Source of the DNA: Pelagomonas calceolata
Taxonomy: Eukaryota
Length of the DNA stretch: 64,000 bases
NCBI GenBank assembly: GCA_918797485.1
Contig: CAKKNE010000003.1
Span: 3,658,001-3,722,000 of the forward strand
Direction of reading: 5' to 3'
Within the stretch, counting starts at the first letter, position 1. Every line of letters begins with the position of its first letter. The notes under the pieces were generated by a model. That model did no database searches. It had not been told where the DNA came from and worked only from the letters and a program-made list of their open reading frames with translations. The position numbers and the translations under genes are program-made. Shown one piece after another: positions 56,070 through 64,000 of the stretch.

Positions 56070-59000
56070 TTACTTCAGCTGGTAGTGCCGGATCCCCACC
56101 TTCTCCGCGAACACCTGATTGAGCACCTTTTCGCAAGTCTCGACATCCCCCCTGGGCACCAATTTCTTCAGCCTTTTGTCCCGGAACACGTTCGCCTCGA
56201 GATCGTTTTCCGGAAAGGAGTACGCCTCCTTCTTCAGCTTCAGCGCCGAGCAAATCTCCTCGACGCGGTCAAGCCGGTAGGGTGGTCCTGGCTCAGAGAA
56301 CGCGTCGGACTGCGCGTCGACCAAGCGCACCACGCATGACGCGCCCGGGATCACCTCGCACTTCTTAACGGCCTCGTACGGGTCGGCCGCGTCCAGCACG
56401 GCGCGAGGGCACCGGCCCCGGAACAGGGGCAGGATGTGGTTTCCGCCGTCGACGTAGGATTTCCGCGCGAGGAACGACGTAGGCCGCGTCGGCTTCTGCA
56501 GGATCGGCAGCACCGCGAAGAATATGTCGTCGGCGTCGAGCCGCGGCGTTTGGCCCTTCACCAGGGGATCAAACCTTCGGACTTCGAAGACCGCCGTCAA
56601 GTGACCTGTGTGGCAATCAACCAGTGAGTATTACGGTCCGGGAACGACGTCGCGTCGATGGCGTGGGGCGCCCGAATTTTGATTTCCGCGCAGCTCGAGA
56701 CCCCCGGGTTTATCCCTAAATCGTCTAAAGCCATCCTGGAACGTCGGCGCGTTGTAGGGCTTCTCCCAGTCGTGTTTCAGCGTGAACCTGTGTGGAAATC
56801 AAATGTCGGGCGCCCCACGCCATCGACGCGATGTTGTCGCCGTGGCCGCGTCGGATCGATAGCGAAACCTAGCTCACTGGTTGATTTCCACACAGGCGCG
56901 CACTGCGCGTCGTCGGCCACGGAGGGGTCCTGGAAAAATAGGCCCGGGGGCGTCAAGACGGTAATAACCTTGTAGACGCTCGGCGGGTCCTTGCCGCTGT
57001 TAAACAATCCTTTCCTCTTCGAGGGGATGTTCCGCAGGCCGTCCACCGCTATAGAAAAGCCGAGGTCCGGCGCGTACGACGCGATGCGACGCATGTCTAA
57101 GAAATGCGAAACGCCGTTCTTGAATATCTCCGCCATGGCCTGCTCCACGTCGCCGCCCGCGTCGGCGACGTGGCCCGAACATAGCCCAGGGTCGCGCCGC
57201 CGCCTGCGCCGCTTGAACAGCTCGCGGTCGAGCGCATTTATAGAGCATCTCGAAGAGTCGTACGCGCCCGAATTATACGGCGGCGCCGGACTGTCAAGAC
57301 CCAGCGCGGCCCACCGTTGTTTAGGCACCGTCGCCCTTGAAAGGACCTCGAGGCCATCAGAAGACGTCGGCGCCGGCTGCACTCGCACTAAAACAGAACA
57401 GCCGAGCCATTTCTTATTGTTATTGAGGTCGTCCCAGCGCAGTGTCTGAATGTGGGGGTGCGGCCGCGTGAAGATGGGAAGTTGCCAGCCACCCTGGTTG
57501 AGGCAGTAGCCCTGGGACTGTTCATCGGCCGGTTGGGCCTTGTTGTCGCCCGGGGCGTGGAACAGATTTAACAGAGTGTAGCCCAGGCATCGGGCTTTCC
57601 TTCCGGAAGGTAAATCTTCGTCCAGCGCGTCGATGCGAATCAGCAGCGTACTCGTCGGGTCGAAGGCAGCTCTACGGAACTCCGCCACGAGGTCGAATCT
57701 CGGCGTGAAGCGCTTGCCATCCGCATCACAAAGCTTGACCACATCATCTTGTACTTTTTCGCCCTGGGCGTAGAGTCTTACTGTAACTCGGGACGCGCCT
57801 GCAGAATCAGGCAGCCCGCGGATGCCGTCGACAAACACGTCTACGCCAGAACCATCAGAGAAGGGTTCTGTGGCAGCGGGCCTTTTCGTATCCAGGAAGC
57901 CGTGCTCATCATTTATAGCCTCGTCATTCTCCTCTTGAGGCGCGTCCTCCTCATCCTCCGAGCTTTGCACGATGTTCCTTGTCCAGGCATCTTCCGGGAT
58001 CTGGACGCCGGGGTCGTCTGAGTCTTCTGACGAGGAGGAGGACGACGAGGACGAGGATGACGATGAGGCCGCCCGCACCGACGACGGCCGTTTAAGTGGA
58101 GGAGGCGCTTTCACTGGAAGTTGTGCCGGAGGCACGTGGACATCCTTAGCGGTACCGCCCCAGACCGCATACCTATCACCCCTTCTCATACAGTCGACTT
58201 TGTGAGGAGGTAGAGGCGCGAGCGCGTGGAAGATGCGCACCCTTACATCGCTCTTGTATTTCGACGGTGGCCAATTATCATCGCTCTTCCAGGGCCCCTT
58301 CTGCAACGGCAGCTTCCAGGCTCCTGATCTCAACTGTCCAGAAGAGAAGGGTTCCGGTGACGCGCTACCGACACACGTAAAGTCCTCTCCGTCCAATTCG
58401 CGCGACGCCTGCACCTCGAGCACCAACCGCAATCGTTTCGACGCGCCACACACGTACAACGACGGTTGATCAGCAAATGAACAAGACCCGTCATCAGACG
58501 TCCGCGCACATCTAGTCGCTCGAGACCGACCCAGCGCACCTCCACATGGATTCTTGCCGTCATACAACGCGTAGACGACGCGGACGCGCCTGTATTCCTC
58601 TGAACCAACGAAGCCGTCGAGCACGACCCCGAAACCCGTACTAGGGTCGTACGGCATTTTTTGAGGGGCGTACGGATCGAGAGCGACGTCGGCCGTGTCC
58701 ACCTCCCGCTGCAACGCTTTTTCGACGCGCAAGGCCTGGATCCTTCTTCTCTGAGCCTCGAGCCAGTAGTCGTGCTCCCGCTTTTGCCTCGCCTCGTGGC
58801 CCTCTCTGTCCAGTCGATCTCTTAACTCAAGAAGCTGCTCCCGTCTCCTACACTTCTCCAACTCAAAGTCCAACGCCACTAGTTCCTTCCTTTGCGACGC
58901 GTCGAGGGGGTCCTCGTCCTTGGGCTGCGGCGCGGGGGCTTGCGCGACCTGCGCGGCATCGCGTGATCACGACGACGGCGTCGAGGCGGCGTGGCATTGC

Positions 59001-60196
59001 GTCGAAGCCATCGACGCGACCCACTCTCACAATATGCGTAGGCTCTCGTGCGGCCACGTCGACGGCGTCACGGCGATTGTCTCAAGTAGACGCTGAATCG
59101 GCACCGGCGTCTTCGGCCGTCTAGAACTCTTGGGCGTCACGTGCCGCTCTTTGAGGCGTTGCACTTCCGTGAGCAGCTGGGCGTTCTCCCTCCGCAGCGT
59201 CTCGACGGCCTCGCGCGACTGGCGCGCCGTCTCCTCTTTGAAACGTCGCAGCTGGTCGTCGAATTTTTGTTGTTGCTGTTGTTGCTGCAATTGCATCATC
59301 TGGAATTGTAAGAGAGAAGAATCCTGGTGCTGCGCGGGCTGGGGCGGCGGCGGCGCGTAGTATGAGGGCGGCGGCGCGTAGCCGTACGGAGGCATTCCAG
59401 GATACGTCTGCTGGAAGCCGTAGGGCGGCGGCTGCTGCTGTTGTGGTGGCATCGACGGCGTCGGTTGGCGCGGCGTCGGTGCCTTAGGCGTCGGCTGTCG
59501 CGGCGTCGGCACTCGTGGAGTAGGCGCCTTCGGAGTCGGCGGCTGGGGCGTCCGCGGCCGCCCGGCGCCCTGCAACAGACCGCGAGGGTCGCCCTCCAGC
59601 CACGCGTCCAATAATTCGGCGGGCGACCAGTCCTCGCTGGCGCGCGACGGCGGCGGGCGCGGTTCAGCTTCCGCTCGCAGCTCCGCTATACGTCTTTCTT
59701 GAGCAGCGATCCCCGCCGGCGACGCGAGCTCCCCGATTAATGTCTGGAGCGCCTCGCCCGACGACGGTCTCGGATCAGGTGCCGTGCGCACGCGCAGCGA
59801 GTCCCGCGTCTCGGACAGCGTGCGCTTCACGGAGCGCGCCGACCGCGCCGTCGCCATCGGTTCCTCTTCAACAACGTGGGCCGCCCGCTCCAACGCCGCC
59901 ACCTCCTCGGCCAGGGCGGCGCGCTCGGCCGCTCGCGCCGCCGTCTCGCGGTCCAGTCGCGCGAGGTCCTCGGATTGAGCTTTGCGCAGTTCATCCAATC
60001 TTTCACGGCCGACGCCGGCCAGCTCCCGCCGCAGTCGATCCCGCTCGGCCGCAATCGCGAGCTCGCGCTGGTGGCGCTGCACGAGCTCTTCCTCTAGGGC
60101 TGATAGAGCTTCCTGTTGAGGCGCCAGGCGGTCCTCGTCCCTCGCTTGCAGCTCGAGGGTCGCCTGGTGCGAGGCGAGGACGTCGGGCGAGAGCAT
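56070..60196 (-). CDS. Large coiled-coil protein with C2-like domains (CCDC17-like), 4 exons (introns 58949-59104, 56788-56903, 56606-56701)
   Basis: The three hand-predicted splices join the ORFs in frame (KTP|VAQ; DAQ|FTL; PGG|HLT); repeated PYDP..GF.V..D and G.WQLP motifs. Confidence 0.7.
56606..56693. mobile_element. Introner family A, diverged TIRs, TSD 5/8
   Basis: CTGTGTGGCAATCAA...TTGATTTCCGCGCAG; donor GT 8 nt outside the element. Confidence 0.82.
56788..56895. mobile_element. Introner family A, TSD 6/8 (GCGTGAAC/GCGCGCAC)
   Basis: Perfect 15-bp TIRs; donor GT 8 nt outside the element. Confidence 0.88.
58949..59104 (-). mobile_element. Introner-like intron, family C
   Basis: Start GTGCCGATTCAGCGTCT and internal GACGCCGTCGACGTGGCCGCACGA; 156 nt versus 157 nt for the LPCAT copy. 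Confidence 0.65.
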
Positions 60197-60707
60197 GGTT
60201 TGGGTTATGGGTCCATCGTTGGGCAGCCCGGCTGCTATTGTGCGGCTGCCAACCGATTGCGCATGGCGCTGCGACGTCGGTTCCCCGAGGCCTCCGTGGA
60301 GCCCTTCCTGGGCCTCCGGAGGGCTCTTCGGTGTGGAGAAACGGGTGGGCGAGCTTTGTGCGTTCAGCTAGCGGTAGTAAGACACTAGCAAGCGGACTTT
60401 GCCAACTGGTTTTTGGGCCGTCGTCGTACGCCCCGGGAAGCGCGCAGCGGCGTCGCCACACCACTTCGTGAGACCGCTACGATACGGGAGACCGCGGCTG
60501 GCGCGTTTCTGGGGCCGCGCGGGCCGTTTACGAAGAGCACGCTGGGACGCACTGGAGCGCTGTTGCGAGCCGGCGCGGCGCCCGCCGCACGCCAAAACCG
60601 CAGCGCGGCCACGCCACACACCCACGCCGCCGCCGCCGCCGCAAGCGCGCCGCAATCTGCCGCGCCGCGCCGCCATAACACCGACGCCCGCCGCAGGTCG
60701 CGAGACG

Positions 60708-61715
60708 ATGGCCTCCTTCGCCGGAAGTTCGAAGGACACGGTCGCCGACTTGTTAGTAGACAAGTCCGCCTCCCCGCCGCCCGGCGCCAAGCCCGCGAAG
60801 GCCCCGGACACGGAAAAAAAACACTACAGCAACAACAACGACGGCGAGACGATGGAGGCTTTACTAGAAGGGAGTGGCGGCCCCGACACGCCCCGCGTGG
60901 AGTCGAAGAAGCACCTGCCGCCGCCGCCCGACGCCATGGTCGGCGGCGAGGTGGGCCTGACGACGGACTCGCAAGCACCCTTCGTCCCGTCGATCGCCAT
61001 GGTCACCGAGAAGCCCTCGGACAACGGCAACCTCACGAACCAGGACATCGAGCCGAGCGACGTGTCGCCGCAGCACATTAGTACCAAACGCATGTTCGAC
61101 GACAAGCCCTGCGGCGTCGAATCTGAACCCAATGATGGCCACCCGCCGAAGCGGTCGCGGGCGGACCTCGACGACTCTCGTGTGAAAGCGGCTCTAGATG
61201 AGACGGCGCCCTCGAACGACGTCCAGCAGCCGCCGTCCAAGAAGCAGGTCTTGGATGCGGCGAACAAGCAGAGCCACGTGCTCCAGGACGCGGCGTCGCC
61301 GCCGCAGCAGAAGTTCGCGCGGAAGCACTTCGATCCCACGGACAACGCCCTCAAGGACTCCGTCGTGCTGGAGCACCCGCTGAGCGGCGAGAAGGCGCCG
61401 CGGCCCGAGAAGCCGATTCCCGTCATCGCGCCGTCGACCGCTCCCATCGCCGGTGTGAAATCCGAGACGACGAACCGCGTGAAGAAGCTCCAGAACGCGA
61501 CGAACCAGCCCAGCGGCGCGGGCATGACGTCGACCGAGATCAACAAGCCCGTCGCGTCGCACGTCGCGCGGGCGGCGCCGGCCGTCGGCGCGGGCCTCGA
61601 CTCCGCGACGCAGCATCACGTCAAGAAGGGCGTCGCCGACACGTCCGTGACGGCGTCGGCTCATCGGGCGGCGATGGGCGGGACCGACGCGTCGGCGTGC
61701 ATGAAGTGGGACTAG
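60708..61715 (+). CDS. Hypothetical low-complexity hydrophilic protein
   Basis: ATG at 60708; P/S/D/K-rich ORF. Confidence 0.55.
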   Translation: MASFAGSSKDTVADLLVDKSASPPPGAKPAKAPDTEKKHYSNNNDGETMEALLEGSGGPDTPRVESKKHLPPPPDAMVGGEVGLTTDSQAPFVPSIAMVTEKPSDNGNLTNQDIEPSDVSPQHISTKRMFDDKPCGVESEPNDGHPPKRSRADLDDSRVKAALDETAPSNDVQQPPSKKQVLDAANKQSHVLQDAASPPQQKFARKHFDPTDNALKDSVVLEHPLSGEKAPRPEKPIPVIAPSTAPIAGVKSETTNRVKKLQNATNQPSGAGMTSTEINKPVASHVARAAPAVGAGLDSATQHHVKKGVADTSVTASAHRAAMGGTDASACMKWD

Positions 61716-61784
61716 CTCTCGAACTGCCGCCGCCTTCCCCCCCCTCGTTCTAAGGCGCGCGGTTCGATGTAGCTAGTAGTGTCC

Positions 61785-62741
61785 TTACGACGTTTCGCGG
61801 GCGGCGAGCGTTTCGCGCGCGGTTCGCAGGGAAATCCCAATTCCCTCTACAAGCGGGTGCGCGCTCCCGAACACGCGCTGAGCCCTCGGTTCCGCGTCCT
61901 CGAGCGTCATCACGGCCTCGCGGAGATCGTCGAGCGTGGCGTCGGGGTTCTTGTAGGACACCTCCGCGTAGATCTTCTTCATTTTGAGCGTCAGTCTATG
62001 TCCTTCTCCGAGGACACGTCGCGCCACGGGGATCGTATTGCGGATCAGCGCCTTGGCCTCTTCGAAGTGCTTCAGAATAAGAAGGTTTGCGTGGTTGTTG
62101 GCTGCTATGAGAGTCTCTTCATCTCTCTCGCCTTTGAGCCTCAAATATCCAGAGTATACGTCCCGCTCCAATTGTAGGGCCTCTTCAAGCCGTCCGAGCA
62201 CTTGATACGAGTTCGCAAGATTGCTCTGCACCATGAGCATTTGGTCTTCTGGCGCGCCAAGGCGCCGCATCATAGCCAACTGGGCCTCTTTCACTGACAA
62301 TGCGTCCTCGTTGTTGCCTGCAGAGGATAAGCCGTTCCCAAGCTGCGTCATCGCCATTTTCCGAGTTTCATCCGCTTCGGGCCGTCCTACGTAGGTCTTC
62401 CAGCACGCCCATCCGAGCGCGCACCGCGCGACGCCGTGGTACCGTTGCTCGCACAGACCGCATATATACCACCGCAAAAATCGTGGCCCGCTTCTGCGCT
62501 CGACCGCGACCTGCGCCTGCCGCGCCAAGCACGACACGTGCGCAAAACCGTTTTCGCCTCGGCACGAGCATCCGCGCACGAGGCCCTCGTCCTCATCGCC
62601 CTCGCCGTAACAGATGTAGCACGTCTGGCCCGCCGTGTCCTCCGCGCACGCCGCGACCGCGGTCCGAACAGCATCAGCATAGTGCTGGTCGGCTTGGTCC
62701 GCCGCCAGTAAGGAAGGCACTGCAGCGACGAGCTCGGCCAT
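61785..62741 (-). CDS. RINGv + TPR protein (paralog of 51031-52170, lacks MYND)
   Basis: CYIC...GLVRGCSCRG..GFAHVSCL; ALGWACWKTY; ATLDDLREAV.TLED. Confidence 0.85.
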   Translation of the reverse strand: MAELVAAVPSLLAADQADQHYADAVRTAVAACAEDTAGQTCYICYGEGDEDEGLVRGCSCRGENGFAHVSCLARQAQVAVERRSGPRFLRWYICGLCEQRYHGVARCALGWACWKTYVGRPEADETRKMAMTQLGNGLSSAGNNEDALSVKEAQLAMMRRLGAPEDQMLMVQSNLANSYQVLGRLEEALQLERDVYSGYLRLKGERDEETLIAANNHANLLILKHFEEAKALIRNTIPVARRVLGEGHRLTLKMKKIYAEVSYKNPDATLDDLREAVMTLEDAEPRAQRVFGSAHPLVEGIGISLRTARETLAARETS

Positions 62742-62933
62742 GGTCTCGCCCACCACTGCTGAATAGATGGTGTTCGATGGGCAGCTGTACGATGGGCGGG
62801 CGCGGCCTTGGTCACGGATAGATCACAGAATCAAATCGCAGAGCCATGGCCCAGGGTTCGGGGTTCGAGTCGATCTACGCGCTCCCGCTCCCCCGGGACC
62901 CGTCCGCCGGGCGAGGACTGCTCAGGATGGTCT

Positions 62934-63920
62934 TTACGCGCTCCCCGGCGACGGCGTCTCGCGGGCGGCGAGGGTGGCTCGCGCTTTTCGCAGACGGCGC
63001 TCAATCCCCACTGTGACCGGGTTTGCGCCACCGAACACGCGCCGCGCGGTCCGTTCAATCTCCTCCATCGTCGTCACGGCCTCGCGGAGATCGTCGAGCG
63101 TCGCGCCGTTGTCTTTGTAGAGCGCCTCCGCATAATACCACCTCATCCTGAGTGTGGTCTCGTCATTCTCTCCGAGAACGCGTCGCGCCACCGGCATCGT
63201 CTTGCGCAGCACCGACTTGGCTTCTTCCAAGCGCTTTACCCGAAGAACGGACGCCGCGTAGTTGCTGGCTGATATGAGGGTATGTTCATTTTCCTCGCCG
63301 TGAAGCTTCAAATATCCAGAGTAGACGTCGCGTCGCATCCGCAGGGCCTCTTCATGCCGTTTCAGCGCTTGATACGTGTTCGCAAGATTTCCCTGCACGG
63401 CGAGAATTGCGTGACGAATTGCGTGACGGTCCTCTGGTGCGCCATTGCGTCGCAGCATAGACAACTCGGCCTCGTACACGAGCAACGCGTCCTCGTGGTG
63501 TTCTGCAGCGGATAAACCGTTGGCAAGCAGCGTCATCGCGCTCCCCCGAGCCCAATCATCCTCCGGCCGCCCCAAATACGTCTTCCAGCACGCCCACCCA
63601 AGCGCGCACGCCACGACGCCGTGGTATTTTTGCTCGCACAGGCCGCACGTGTCCCACCGCATCCACCCCCTATGGGCGCGCTCGACCGCGACCTGGGCCT
63701 GCCGCGCCAAGCACGACACGTGCGCAACTCCGGCCGCCCCGCGACAGGCGCACCCGCGCACGAGGCCCTCTTCGTCGTTGCCGTCCATACAAATGAAACA
63801 CGTCTGGCCCGCCGTGTCGGCCGCGCAGGCAGCGACCGCGGTCCGAACAGCACTAGCATAGTGCTGTTCGGCTTGGTCAGCCCTCAGCAGCGGCGGTACT
63901 TCAGCGACGAGCTCGGCCAT
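62934..63920 (-). CDS. RINGv + TPR protein (tandem paralog)
   Basis: Same motifs and same MAELVA.VP.LL.ADQA start as 61785-62741. Confidence 0.85.
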   Translation of the reverse strand: MAELVAEVPPLLRADQAEQHYASAVRTAVAACAADTAGQTCFICMDGNDEEGLVRGCACRGAAGVAHVSCLARQAQVAVERAHRGWMRWDTCGLCEQKYHGVVACALGWACWKTYLGRPEDDWARGSAMTLLANGLSAAEHHEDALLVYEAELSMLRRNGAPEDRHAIRHAILAVQGNLANTYQALKRHEEALRMRRDVYSGYLKLHGEENEHTLISASNYAASVLRVKRLEEAKSVLRKTMPVARRVLGENDETTLRMRWYYAEALYKDNGATLDDLREAVTTMEEIERTARRVFGGANPVTVGIERRLRKARATLAARETPSPGSA

Positions 63921-64000
63921 GGTCTCGCCACCACCGCTGCAATCGATGATGTTCGATGGCTTCGATGGACAGCTGTACGATGGCAGGCGCGGCGTGTTCA

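Noticed and set aside
3903..56903. Recurrent TIR/motif units as a CRISPR array or bacterial REP elements
   Set aside because: Dispersed inside eukaryotic genes, no regular spacers, no cas genes; explained as introners
1..64000. Autonomous transposase, rRNA/tRNA genes or viral insertion
   Set aside because: No DDE/hAT, RT or capsid motifs and no structured RNA genes recognised by eye; the introner mobiliser must lie elsewhere

Overview
GC-rich, gene-dense eukaryotic nuclear DNA from a photosynthetic stramenopile. It is most consistent with a pelagophyte such as Pelagomonas or Aureococcus; this is inferred from the fucoxanthin-type LHC, N-terminal presequences on plastid proteins, the RINGv-TPR family and the intron style. 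About 36 protein-coding genes are present, with very short convergent gaps and compositionally distinct divergent promoter spacers. I saw no rRNA, tRNA, CRISPR array or transposase. I reconstructed 21 introns by hand, and most look like mobile 'introner' elements. One family has ~15-bp terminal inverted repeats (CTGTGTGGAAATCAA...TTGATTTCCACACAG) and an 8-bp target-site duplication (TSD). The TSD supplies the GT/GC donor and the TIR end supplies the AG, so the element works in either orientation. Two further intron families and an apparently nested element share a CGCGTCGATGGCGT core. Other notable loci: (1) a lectin-TM-FN3-RING receptor-like gene convergent with a SAM/RelA-SpoT-like/UIM gene, (2) a 5'-truncated cobS-like gene, (3) a frame-broken FG-GAP/HET-like locus and (4) three RINGv-TPR paralogs. 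All splice sites and domain calls are by eye; no database searches were run.
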